A stretch of 64,000 nt of DNA from an uncultured virus (IMG/VR IMGVR_UViG_3300005253_000005) (Duplodnaviria; Heunggongvirae; Uroviricota; Caudoviricetes): the IMG/VR virus record IMGVR_UViG_3300005253_000005; one strand, given 5' to 3'. The notes under the pieces are model-generated. The model did no database searches, had not been told where the DNA came from, and was given only the letters and a program-made list of their open reading frames with translations. Below, piece after piece: positions 47,974-58,144 of this stretch (position 1 is its first letter; every line of letters begins with the position of its first letter). The position numbers were made by a program, and so were the translations under genes.

Positions 47974-48966
47974 CTATGCTCCGTCTAAATCCCAAGGGTT
48001 ATAAACAGTAGATACAACAATAGTAATCAGCCCACCAGATATTGCGATAGAGCCACTCTTACTAAGGTTGTTTATCTCCGTTCTAACACTTTTAGAATCA
48101 GCCCTCTTCCCATGCATGACTTTTAACTGACTAATAATATTACTTTCAGAAACACCACCTTTTGCTTGAAGAATGTTTACGATCTCTTCATGAAGATTAA
48201 CTGGCTGACTACCATCGCCAATGGGACTCATCCTGAGATAGTTTCGGTCAAAATGAAGATAGAGAGGGCGCAGCTCTTCTGGCGCATTACGAGTTTTAAC
48301 CCATGATAACTTCAGTCTGTCTTTGATATCAGTTTCTTCAAGAAGAGCTAGCGTATCAGCCCAAGATGCTATAATTGCGCCTCTGAAGTCCATTGAACCC
48401 ATAGATATGATATCGCCTCTATATGTCATAAAAGGTTTACGAAGATGGTGGACTATAATCACAGCAACGCCGCACTCATTAATGAGTCTGTCCATTGTTT
48501 GAAACAGTTGAGCCATATCAGAAGGATCATTTTCTCGTCTAGCATGAATCTTATACAATGGATCGAAGATAACAATATCTATCTTATTCTGCAAGATAAA
48601 TGATTTAAGTTTAACGATTAATACCTTATCTTCAAAAGTAAAACTTGTTGAACTCAGATGCCAAAACGTGTCGGACTTTTTATAGAAGGATATAATTTTC
48701 TCAAGTCTTATCTGGTAGCTGCGTGGGCCTATTTCCTCCTGAATATACAGAACACGCTGAGGGACTTTACAGTCGAACTTGCCTAGTATTTTAACACCCA
48801 TTGACAGCTCTTGTCCTATTTGTGTTACTATAACCGATTTTCCTATTCCTGGATGTCCACCTACACAGAGACGACTCTGCCTTGTTAGAATACCCGATGA
48901 AATTATATCATTATCAGGAAATGTCAGTTTCATAAACTGACTAGAAGTAAGAGGTTCAAATTTCAA
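47974..48966 (-). CDS. RepA-like/AAA_25 superfamily-4 helicase
   Basis: GHPGIGKS, VLYIQEE, IVIFDP, VIIVHHLRK, FRGA...WAD, KTRN. Confidence 0.85.
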   Translation of the reverse strand: MKFEPLTSSQFMKLTFPDNDIISSGILTRQSRLCVGGHPGIGKSVIVTQIGQELSMGVKILGKFDCKVPQRVLYIQEEIGPRSYQIRLEKIISFYKKSDTFWHLSSTSFTFEDKVLIVKLKSFILQNKIDIVIFDPLYKIHARRENDPSDMAQLFQTMDRLINECGVAVIIVHHLRKPFMTYRGDIISMGSMDFRGAIIASWADTLALLEETDIKDRLKLSWVKTRNAPEELRPLYLHFDRNYLRMSPIGDGSQPVNLHEEIVNILQAKGGVSESNIISQLKVMHGKRADSKSVRTEINNLSKSGSIAISGGLITIVVSTVYNPWDLDGA

Positions 48967-49031
48967 TGTGGATGGAAGCTCCTAGCTCTTGACAGCTTAC
49001 AAAGAGGGGGTGTTTACAACTAAGCAGAAAT

Positions 49032-49060
49032 ATGATAACATATATCTATGAGATTGTCAA
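49032..49060 (-). promoter_or_regulatory. sigma70-type promoter of the replication operon
   Basis: TTGACA-N17-TATCAT; spacer contains AGATATATGT. Confidence 0.75.
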
Positions 49061-49097
49061 GTGTTTTAGACACAAAACAGGGAGCAGAGGGAACAGT

Positions 49098-49400
49098 ATG
49101 AATGAAATTGAGAGAGGCAACCAGCGATTCGTCATTAACATGATGAGAGCTAGTTATAATCCTGACCAAGCTGCTCTTGATATGTTAGCAGATATAGAAA
49201 CTTGGTTTCGTAAAGCACTACCTCATTATAAAAACTCATGGTCATTAAAGGCTAAAGCGCAAGGCATCAGAGGATACACAAAAGCCGTATATGCACTTGT
49301 TGAAGAGTTCTTCGCAGATTGCGAAGATCAAGGTATCACGATTCCTCGCTCTGGCCTGATCGCTAAATCGGATATAGAACGTGCTATAGAAGGCCGTTAG
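49098..49400 (+). CDS. Hypothetical protein (lone plus-strand gene between the replication and tail modules)
   Basis: ATG 49098 with a purine-rich RBS; converges on the end of the tail operon. Confidence 0.65.
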   Translation: MNEIERGNQRFVINMMRASYNPDQAALDMLADIETWFRKALPHYKNSWSLKAKAQGIRGYTKAVYALVEEFFADCEDQGITIPRSGLIAKSDIERAIEGR

Positions 49401-49408
49401 CTAGCTGT

Positions 49409-51724
49409 TTAAAGACCTAATGTTCCTCTAAATGCTCCACTACCAGTAATGGGTGTTCCACTTCCTGAAATATCAGCACCAGAAGATATCGCAGGGCCTG
49501 TAAGCAAGGAAGCTAACAGAGTATCTAATTTAGATGGCGGGAAGTCCAGAGTAAGTCTTAGCTGATTATTGAAAGCATCGTATTCCACTTCTTTAGCTAC
49601 AAAGATTCTAAGTGTATCTAACGATCTTATTAAATCAGGACGTATTTGTGGTAGAGGTATTAAGTCATGGAAGAAGATTACGTCGCCAGCTCTTACACGC
49701 CACAATGGTTCATTAACACCTACTGCATTAGCTATTGGCCCCGTAAGTGTTACTTCAGACATTTGTGTAGGTAGTCGAGAATCTTCTGCGAATGCATTTC
49801 TGATCTTATCTGCTGTCTCAGACAATACACTACCTGCATCAATAATAGTATCTCTTTCACTAAAAATAATCTCTTGCTCTGCAATGTTTTCTTTGACATC
49901 CGAGAAGGTGACAAGTCCATCAAACTGATTACGGAATCTAGTCCACACTCTAGTATAATAGTTTTGGATTGAACGTTCTAACTCAATACCGCCTATATTC
50001 TGCTTCGAGATTCGCCACCTAACATTCTGCTCATCTCGTTTTTTGATATGTAATGTTCTTCGGCTAAACATGCCTGCAATAGCTGGATGTAATCTAAGCG
50101 TCGCAGTTTCTTCTGCAATGCCTGACCACATAGCTCCAGGGCTAGAACCATCTAAATAAACGACTTTACCAAAGAGAGGAGTTGGTGTAAGCTGTACTCT
50201 GTCCAGCCAAAAATCCCATATTCCCTGATCAAGGTCTTGTATAACTTGTAAATAAGCTTTAGCTGCATTAACTGGCGAAATTGCCTCAAAAGAGAACCGA
50301 GTGAATTTATTGAGAGCATCTGAACTATTAAAAGGAAATGCATCCGAGGAGATAATCGCATCAGCAGAAGTATACCAGTTTATTATTGCTTCCATTGTCT
50401 TCGATCCAGCATCTGCCTCAAAATCAAAAGCAAAAGTAAAAGCTCTATCAGCAATAATACCAGTAAGTCGTGCAGGCACAACTTTTTCTATTCTAACACC
50501 TGATTGAGCTGCGGCAATAGTAGTAATTTTAACAGAATTATCTCCACGAGTAGACTTCGTATTATCCTGTACTACAGTCTCTGAGCTCTTCGCAGCAAAT
50601 CCTGCTATACTACCAGCTTTTTCACACCCAGGATTTTCTACAAGATTATATAATTCTGCTATACCGAAGCCGGTTAGTCTAGCAATAATATCTTGTAATG
50701 TCTCACCGTCAAAAACAGCAGGAAGTATTTCTAATTCAGAGTCTTCTATAAAAGTAAGACTATCACTGATTTGTTTAGCATGAGTATCAACATTGATATC
50801 GCTATTCCCTTGTATCAGATCAGTTAATATCTTTCTCTGTTTAGTTTTCCTCGTTGTTGTAGCATCACGCTCTGACCATATTGTTATATTGCTAAAGACA
50901 TATCTGACAAAATCATCTGCATGAGCCTCAGTAAAACCAATAGATAGAGTATCGACACCAATAGCTACTGCTTCAGCAGATACTCCATCTGCTACAAGAT
51001 TCTCTGTGAAAGTTCCCTGGTTAGTTAAAAATGTTGGAACTGCAAAGCGTTCTGTCCATGTTCCCTTAGCATAATCAGCAGTCCATACTTTAGGTTGCAA
51101 TTGTCCATCAGGAGTTACAACATCCCATGTAAACTGAATAGAGTGTATAGTCATAGGTTGAAACAATCTATCGTCTGACAAATTTGATACTCTAGGAAGT
51201 CGATAATATACTACAGCCTTATCACCAGGAATATATGCAGCACCAAAGCGAGTTCCCATACTAAACAGCGCTTTACCTTTAAACATAATGAACTTCTGAA
51301 TGTTACCAGCTCCAGATAGAGAAATCTCATTAGAAATAGCTCCAGCACCTTTAGCAGGAATAAGCCACGTCTCCATATTGTTATCAGCCCACCATGAGTA
51401 AAGCTTCTGATCAGCTAAGTTACTCCAATATCCTTCACAGTCTACATCTACACCTTCGTCAGTAAGCCTAACTACTACTATTCGACCTTCCCAAACAGGT
51501 AAATCAGCCTCAAAGACTTCTATACCAAAGAATGAAAATCTTTCATACCATTCTAAAGACTTACTACGGGAAAGAACTAGAGACATGGTTAATGCCATAT
51601 ATCCACCAGGAAGACTTGACGAGAAACGAAGCTTAGAAATTCTATTAGTGAGATCTTCTAAGACTTTAGTGATCTTGTCACTTCTGTCAGCTCTGGCGGT
51701 TAAACAAACATTGATGTTAGACAT
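49409..51724 (-). CDS. Tail tip hub/Tal-like protein with a carbohydrate-binding-like insertion
   Basis: Second gene after the tape measure. VWEGRI and VRAGDVI hub-like motifs; internal NLVENPGCE...SVKI...FWLDRVQL. Confidence 0.7.
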   Translation of the reverse strand: MSNINVCLTARADRSDKITKVLEDLTNRISKLRFSSSLPGGYMALTMSLVLSRSKSLEWYERFSFFGIEVFEADLPVWEGRIVVVRLTDEGVDVDCEGYWSNLADQKLYSWWADNNMETWLIPAKGAGAISNEISLSGAGNIQKFIMFKGKALFSMGTRFGAAYIPGDKAVVYYRLPRVSNLSDDRLFQPMTIHSIQFTWDVVTPDGQLQPKVWTADYAKGTWTERFAVPTFLTNQGTFTENLVADGVSAEAVAIGVDTLSIGFTEAHADDFVRYVFSNITIWSERDATTTRKTKQRKILTDLIQGNSDINVDTHAKQISDSLTFIEDSELEILPAVFDGETLQDIIARLTGFGIAELYNLVENPGCEKAGSIAGFAAKSSETVVQDNTKSTRGDNSVKITTIAAAQSGVRIEKVVPARLTGIIADRAFTFAFDFEADAGSKTMEAIINWYTSADAIISSDAFPFNSSDALNKFTRFSFEAISPVNAAKAYLQVIQDLDQGIWDFWLDRVQLTPTPLFGKVVYLDGSSPGAMWSGIAEETATLRLHPAIAGMFSRRTLHIKKRDEQNVRWRISKQNIGGIELERSIQNYYTRVWTRFRNQFDGLVTFSDVKENIAEQEIIFSERDTIIDAGSVLSETADKIRNAFAEDSRLPTQMSEVTLTGPIANAVGVNEPLWRVRAGDVIFFHDLIPLPQIRPDLIRSLDTLRIFVAKEVEYDAFNNQLRLTLDFPPSKLDTLLASLLTGPAISSGADISGSGTPITGSGAFRGTLGL

Positions 51725-54464
51725 ATAAGAATCTTGGAGTATATTCTAACCATAGTTCTGCTGTGTGAGTTTCAACAAACTTGCCAAAGGGATCGTCGTT
51801 GGCTGCACCCCATTCGGAAAAAACAGCTGCAATCATTCCAGGTGACTCTGGCTGAATCCTAAAGCCTAGACCCATTGCCGCAACGTCTGGCGATGCTAAT
51901 TCAGTCAATGTCTTAGTAAATGCACTATCGGGTGTGACAACCTCTCTACTAAAATAGATGGATGATATAGCTTCTTCATCCATAGTATCTATAGTTAAAA
52001 TCTCGTTCTCTTGTAGACCAAATGCTGGAAGACTGTTTGACGGTTGAAGTATTGCACTTCCATGATCAATAGGTAATGCAATCAGGATATTATACAGTAG
52101 ATTACTTATCGCAGCATCTGCTATGTTAACTATTTCTAGTCCAGGGGTTAATTCAGCGTCTCCCGAAAGTCTAGATGCAGAAGTTACATCACCATCACGG
52201 AATCTTTGTAAGGCTGTTTCTGGAGGCCATGTAAGTATACCTCCGTCAACTAAATGAAAAACATCACTTTGTGTAACTGTTCCTTTTTGGGGAGCACTTA
52301 TCAATGGAACAGTTGAGCCGGTTATACCACCAAATCGCAACTGACACATTGAGATAAGATCAAGATTGCTTTCAGCTCCAATATACAACCGATGGCTTCC
52401 GTACTGATCCGAGGGGAACGGAAAAAGGCTAGACAATACAGCATGAAACCGTCGCTTGAGAGTGACTGCTGCATCACTTCTAATCTGCTCATCAGCAGCC
52501 GGATAAGCTCCATCATCAGGATCAATAATAAAGGATGACGCATTCCAGATCATTTGTTGTTTCCAGGGTTCTACCCCAAATCTTGCTCCAAGTCTAATAG
52601 GAGCGAGCTGCTTACCTGAACTTGTATTTTTAAAGCTGACCCTACATGTAGCAGGAACGTCTCCTGGAAAGTCCTGAAGGGCGACAAAGTTAACTTTTGT
52701 ACTATTGGGTTTAACTACAATCTGATGCGATCCTATAAACGGGCGTGTTATTAATTCTACAGGAATATCACCTCCTGGATCTTGCGATCCAAACGGTAAA
52801 CCAGGAAGCACCTGTATACCATCCATATCTACGTTTCCAAATCCACCCTGAGTCCACTTGAGTCTCAGTCTAAACGCTGTAATAGTAACAATGCTGGTAG
52901 TCCACTTATAAAGCTGCCAGTCTGTGGTTAGTCCTGCAAGTTCTTTCGTTGTAGCTCCACCACCGTTAACTTCACGTTCTATTTCTATTGCTCCGCTAGC
53001 GAGATTCTGACGCGCCCAAAAGAGTATAGTCATCCCGTCAACAGAAGGAGATATAGTTAAGTCCTGTTCGATATACATGTTAGCATCGCCACCACCAGTT
53101 TCCTTAAAACGACACGAAAAAAGGCCGTATTTAGGCGTACTCTCTGACTCAAGACCACTATCTGATGAACTGGCAAATGAAGAGCCCTGAGTCCAACCAC
53201 TAGGCTTAAATACGAAAGGAGAACGAGTAGGAGATCCTATTACTGTTAAATCACGACTATTCCCACTGACATCTAAAATGTCTCCAGCGCCAGATTCTTG
53301 TATCCAAACAGCACCAAAGTCAGCAGCCTCTAGCCCCCAATATTTTACATCCATAATTCCAGTATCATCTATGAGGCCCTGAAGACCATAATGATACATA
53401 TAGATTATTTGATAAGGAAGAATGGGTCTTCCGCCTGCTATGACAAAAATACCGCCCACTTTACCATCAAAGTCATTACCACCTGCTGCGTCACTGGCAC
53501 CAACAACAAAATCCCCTACTGCAGTTTTGAAAGTGAAATCTGATGTTCTTTTACTACCAGCAACAACTGAATCATTAACTCCAAGCACAATCCATTGTGC
53601 TCCACGATACATAAATACAGAAAACCAGACGAAACTCCATGTGTCATTAGGAACCACGTCATCATCACTGGTTAAAGTAGTAATACTACCCACAGAATTA
53701 ATTTGTCTAAGCGCCACAGAATTATTATCTTCGAATCTTAACTGCCATGACTCAGTAGTATCGCCACACACCATCATAGTATCAAATAATGTAGGAGTAA
53801 CATCTGGATTAACCCAAATTCCTGCTGACATAATACCTTCTGCAGCAGTAGGAAATAATCCTGTAGGAGATGTTCTATGCAGTCTCTGAGTAGAACCATT
53901 AAGATCTATTTCAAGACCGAAATCTCTGCCAGCTTCTCCTGGGTTCCAATCAAAGCTAGGATTAACTAAGAAGTTACGCATAATGACAGGAGTGCCGCGA
54001 GCAAATGGTTCACACAGAAGAGTAAGCTCGCAGTCCATCAACAATGATGGTTCTCGTTTAACAACTACAGATGCAAACTGTCCAGGTTTAAATTCGCCAT
54101 CCATAACATCGAACGTAACGGTATCAGTAGCGTTTTCAAACTTATATTGAAGCTCAACCTTGTTACCGAATCCTGCTTTAGATTGCTCCTTAGCTTTATC
54201 AATCAACTTCTGAATAGCTCTAAGATCAGACACTAGAGCATCATGATCAACTGCAGTTATCTTAAATATAATAGTAATCTCTCTAAGACCATATTGACGC
54301 TCAGAGAGACGCTGGCCTTCAACAAGCGGTGATAGCTCACTAACGACACGATTGACTTCAGGCAAAGCGATATCTAATCCTTTGTCTAAGAGTACATAAT
54401 CCGAAGAGCCACTTATGAAGTCTATCGTTGTAACACCGTCTGTAAACTGAAGTATGTCTGCCAT
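51717..54464 (-). CDS. Distal tail (Dit-like) protein with LamG and CBM-like insertions
   Basis: Directly after the tape measure. REITI...LTLLCEPFARG (Dit-like); AGIWVNP...DTWSFV...FVVGA...FDGKV (LamG-like). Confidence 0.72.
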   Translation of the reverse strand: MADILQFTDGVTTIDFISGSSDYVLLDKGLDIALPEVNRVVSELSPLVEGQRLSERQYGLREITIIFKITAVDHDALVSDLRAIQKLIDKAKEQSKAGFGNKVELQYKFENATDTVTFDVMDGEFKPGQFASVVVKREPSLLMDCELTLLCEPFARGTPVIMRNFLVNPSFDWNPGEAGRDFGLEIDLNGSTQRLHRTSPTGLFPTAAEGIMSAGIWVNPDVTPTLFDTMMVCGDTTESWQLRFEDNNSVALRQINSVGSITTLTSDDDVVPNDTWSFVWFSVFMYRGAQWIVLGVNDSVVAGSKRTSDFTFKTAVGDFVVGASDAAGGNDFDGKVGGIFVIAGGRPILPYQIIYMYHYGLQGLIDDTGIMDVKYWGLEAADFGAVWIQESGAGDILDVSGNSRDLTVIGSPTRSPFVFKPSGWTQGSSFASSSDSGLESESTPKYGLFSCRFKETGGGDANMYIEQDLTISPSVDGMTILFWARQNLASGAIEIEREVNGGGATTKELAGLTTDWQLYKWTTSIVTITAFRLRLKWTQGGFGNVDMDGIQVLPGLPFGSQDPGGDIPVELITRPFIGSHQIVVKPNSTKVNFVALQDFPGDVPATCRVSFKNTSSGKQLAPIRLGARFGVEPWKQQMIWNASSFIIDPDDGAYPAADEQIRSDAAVTLKRRFHAVLSSLFPFPSDQYGSHRLYIGAESNLDLISMCQLRFGGITGSTVPLISAPQKGTVTQSDVFHLVDGGILTWPPETALQRFRDGDVTSASRLSGDAELTPGLEIVNIADAAISNLLYNILIALPIDHGSAILQPSNSLPAFGLQENEILTIDTMDEEAISSIYFSREVVTPDSAFTKTLTELASPDVAAMGLGFRIQPESPGMIAAVFSEWGAANDDPFGKFVETHTAELWLEYTPRFLYV

Positions 54465-54467
54465 TAC

Positions 54468-57098
54468 CTACCTGCCTATGATGAATCTACGAGATCGTGA
54501 TGTAAGCCTTACCTGATTTCCTGTTTGTTTACTAAGCGCACGTTCTAGTTTAGCTATATCAGACGGCTTATTAACATAGAAATTCTCTATCTGGAATATA
54601 ATAGACCTTGAAGAATCTGGAGATGGCAGAGCTCTCTGTCGCCGTTGTCCAGGAGTTAGAACTTCCTCTTCGCCGTGAACTACAGCCAACTGAGGTTTAC
54701 CTCTTGGCCCTGGCACTACTCCACCAAACTGGAATCCTAATCCGAGTGAACTAAGGAATTCACTATCAGCATTTGGAAAGATCGAAAGTATAAAGGCTCT
54801 CTGGAATGCCTTTCTTTGTGCAAGAAGTTGATCTAACGATCCACCAGTAAATGGAATAACAATCTGCGCCATAGTTTGAAGCAGTGGAATTATAGAATCT
54901 CTAAGAAATTGAGCTGTGTTAATTCTTTCGCGCTGTTGTTCTTCAAGGACATCTAAGATGTCTAGCTCAGCTTCACGAGCGTCTCGTGCAGCATCAATTT
55001 GTGTATCTCTAACTCGGTTTATTTCCTCTATCTGTGCATCTGCAGAACGCCTAGCTTCCTTAATATCGTCATTAGCACGCTTTGTAGCTGCACGCGATGA
55101 CGCTCTCACGGCATCATTTATAGCAACTATCTTATTTTCTGTTACTCTCTGAGCTTGTCTTATTTCTGTATCAGCGGCCCTGCGAGCCTGTTTTTCTCGC
55201 TCTTTAGTTTCATCCTTGGCTGCATCTATAGCTTTATCTCTAACATCCTTTATAGCATTAATAACATCTTCAAGAGACTTTATCAGACCCTGAAGTCCTT
55301 CTCGCTCCTTTTCTTGAGCACTCATAGTCTTATTAATAGCCCGCTCTTGTTCTTCTAATCCTGCGAGACGCGCTCTAATAATAGTTTTCTCTTCAGTGGC
55401 CGAGACACCCTGTTGAGCTGCAGCAGCTTCAAGCTCAGCGAGTTCTGCTTCAGCGCCAAGGATAGCTGCTCGTATAGATGCACGTTCACTCTCAAGATCG
55501 CTGAGAATAGAAGTAAGTTTACGATCTTGAGCTTCTAGTATGTCTATCTTTTCCTTGTTAGCATCTATTTCTGCTGCAGCATTATCACGAATAGCGTCTA
55601 GCTGATCGTCTAAGCGATCCCGTATAAGACTTATTCTTTCATCAAAAGCATCTTGAATACCCCTGGTTTGCTCTCCAAGAGCATCCCGAAGAACCTGCGT
55701 TTGAGCACGCTGCCCATCACGAATAGCGTCTAGCTCAGCCTGGAGTGCTTCACGTCTAGCCGTAATTTGATTATCAAGATCAGTTCTGACTATATCACTC
55801 AAGAAGTCATTTAAGCTCTTCGCATTAGCTGATACAAGATCAAACTGTTCATCTAGCTGCTTTTTAGTTTCTTCAAGAGGAGCTAATGCAAGTTCCAACT
55901 CTTCTTGATCTCTAAACTGTTGCTGGAACTCATCTATCTTTTCTTTAGCAACATCATTGATTGCACTAAGGATAGCATCTAGATTAGTACGAGCTTCCGA
56001 GAGTCTACTTGCAGTATTCTCAATAGCTTCAGGAACTAAAGCAAGTCTTGGAGAGATTCCTTGTTGTAGGGTTTCTTCTATTGTTCTTTGAGTTACCCCT
56101 TCTCTCTGAAAACGCTGACTCGCCACTGTAAGATCTTTTAGAAGTTGTTCTATCTCTCTAAATTTATCAATTTGAGGCTGAAGTCCTATAACGAGACTGT
56201 CACCTCCCTGAACTAATCTTACGACCTCTTCAGCATATAAAGCAGTTTCGCCTTTAGCTTCAGCTATTGCATTAGTAAACCTTGTTACTTGTTCTGATAC
56301 TCGCTCAATAACACTAGCACCTTTCTGAAAAGATGCTATTATTTTATCAAGAACAAGAGAAGTAAGAGCTGCACCAAGAGCTACAGAGACAGTAGTAAGA
56401 TTAAGAAACTTCGTACCAGTGAACAGAATAGCAAAACCCAGACCGAACATGGCCTGAGACAGTCTACCTGCTGCTAATTGTGATATAGAGAAACTAAGAA
56501 GTAGTCCTTGACCCGCCTTCTGAGACTGAGATAGCGGCTTATTAAAACGCTGTTCAGCAGCATTACCAGCCTCAATGAACTGCAGCCTAAGAATACCTAA
56601 CTCGTTACCGAGGGCTCTAACGCCAGCTTTTCCGGCTTCAGTCCGAGGCTGTATTTTCGCTAATTGATTAGACAGTACATCAAATGTCGCTATTGTAGCC
56701 TGTCCTGTAACACCAATAGCTACCATCCGCTGAGACAGCTGCGAGAACTTATTCGCTGTCTCTTCAGAAATAGCATTACCGGCCTGAGCCTGCTTAGTGT
56801 AAGTTTGAAATGTCTTACCGGCGGTCAGTAAGGCAGAATTAACACCCTGAACACTGCCAATAAACCTGGGACTAAATCCTTTAGAAAGGATTTCGCTGAG
56901 TGCTCCCTGAGTTTGCCTTGTTGCCTCAGCAGACGCTATCGTTTCTTTTGTATACTGACCTAGAACATTTCGTGCCCTGCCAGTTACTTGTGATAACGCC
57001 TGCAGCTTTGCAGATGTCTGTTCTATGGCTTGCAGTTTAGCTATCGTCTCTATGACGATATTTAACTGAAGACTATCAGCTCCGCTATCTTGAACCAT
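54468..57098 (-). CDS. Tape measure protein
   Basis: 876 aa, A/Q/E-rich helical, hydrophobic patch, C-terminal FQFGGVVPG...AVVHGEEEVLT. Confidence 0.88.
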   Translation of the reverse strand: MVQDSGADSLQLNIVIETIAKLQAIEQTSAKLQALSQVTGRARNVLGQYTKETIASAEATRQTQGALSEILSKGFSPRFIGSVQGVNSALLTAGKTFQTYTKQAQAGNAISEETANKFSQLSQRMVAIGVTGQATIATFDVLSNQLAKIQPRTEAGKAGVRALGNELGILRLQFIEAGNAAEQRFNKPLSQSQKAGQGLLLSFSISQLAAGRLSQAMFGLGFAILFTGTKFLNLTTVSVALGAALTSLVLDKIIASFQKGASVIERVSEQVTRFTNAIAEAKGETALYAEEVVRLVQGGDSLVIGLQPQIDKFREIEQLLKDLTVASQRFQREGVTQRTIEETLQQGISPRLALVPEAIENTASRLSEARTNLDAILSAINDVAKEKIDEFQQQFRDQEELELALAPLEETKKQLDEQFDLVSANAKSLNDFLSDIVRTDLDNQITARREALQAELDAIRDGQRAQTQVLRDALGEQTRGIQDAFDERISLIRDRLDDQLDAIRDNAAAEIDANKEKIDILEAQDRKLTSILSDLESERASIRAAILGAEAELAELEAAAAQQGVSATEEKTIIRARLAGLEEQERAINKTMSAQEKEREGLQGLIKSLEDVINAIKDVRDKAIDAAKDETKEREKQARRAADTEIRQAQRVTENKIVAINDAVRASSRAATKRANDDIKEARRSADAQIEEINRVRDTQIDAARDAREAELDILDVLEEQQRERINTAQFLRDSIIPLLQTMAQIVIPFTGGSLDQLLAQRKAFQRAFILSIFPNADSEFLSSLGLGFQFGGVVPGPRGKPQLAVVHGEEEVLTPGQRRQRALPSPDSSRSIIFQIENFYVNKPSDIAKLERALSKQTGNQVRLTSRSRRFIIGR

Positions 57099-57107
57099 AA
57101 TGGTATT

Positions 57108-57634
57108 CTAACGTGGCTTTCCCCAAGCTACACCCTGACTAAAAGACTCGTCAGGCATAGCCTTTACATCATCAAGAGCAGCCTGATCAGCCTGTTCAGA
57201 AGCTACTCGGATGTAACTTCTGTAGTATCCGGAGGGGAGTTTGAGGAGAGTTCCGAGATCGATGACAATTCTTGGAAGATTGATGAGTTCTCTCGTAAAA
57301 AATCAGCCACTCCCTTAGCTTCATCAGTATCCATCCTGCCTGCTAAGAGAGTTAAAGACTGATAAATAGAGCGAGGCAGAGCAAGAATCTCTTTATCTGT
57401 CATCTTAGGATTTACTAATCTATGGAAGAGATTCCAGAGATCAAACTCTATTGGGTCAACTCTCACAGATCCCGTCTGGCTTCCATCCTCTGCCAACATA
57501 GGCTTTATGGACTTCTTACGCAAGTCCATAAATTGTCCACCTGTTATCTCACGGGATAATTCATAAACTGCGCCATCAATAGTGGCAACCATAACATCAT
57601 CACGATGTTCTACACTAACTTTCATGTCTGTCAA
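57108..57634 (-). CDS. Tail assembly chaperone (57203-57634) with a predicted -1 frameshift extension to 57108
   Basis: Lies between tail tube and TMP. In-frame slippery T TTT TTA at 57302-57296; the -1 frame is open for 62 codons to a TAG at 57108. Confidence 0.75.
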
Positions 57635-57667
57635 ACCTCCTCTTAGTTTAAGAGGTATCCTAATGGT

Positions 57668-58111
57668 TTAGGATACGGCTCTTGTTAGTTGTGAAGCACC
57701 ACTCAGGCGTACACGAATAGTAGTTAATCCGCCTCTTGGTGCTGTAATCGGGAATCCTGCAAGAAAGACGCTACCAGAGTATTTTGGCTTAGTAACCCCA
57801 ACTGGAAGACCATTAGGATAGAACTCGAAGTCTCTCTTGTCGAAGAGTGTTGTCATAGTGGCACCACCTAAGAAGACTTCTACTAGCTCGCCTGCAGCAG
57901 AGGCATAGAATGCTGTATAGTCAATACTAAACGTACCATCTATCAGCGTAAACTCACGCCAGTCTACTCCAAAACCAGTACCGTCTTCGTTGTTCAGTTC
58001 CAGATTCAGAGTAATCTCGTTACCGTCTGCTGAAACATCAACAACGGCACCGCCATCTGATGCCTCTATTTTGAAGACCGCATTCTTACCAAGAATTCTT
58101 ACTGCAGCCAT
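57668..58111 (-). CDS. Tail tube protein
   Basis: 147 aa upstream of the chaperone; DVSADGNEITL...DGTGFGVDWREF...FEFYPNG...PKYSGSV. Confidence 0.75.
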   Translation of the reverse strand: MAAVRILGKNAVFKIEASDGGAVVDVSADGNEITLNLELNNEDGTGFGVDWREFTLIDGTFSIDYTAFYASAAGELVEVFLGGATMTTLFDKRDFEFYPNGLPVGVTKPKYSGSVFLAGFPITAPRGGLTTIRVRLSGASQLTRAVS

Positions 58112-58144
58112 TTCTTAGACCTCCTTCTCTCTCTGTTACTAAAA

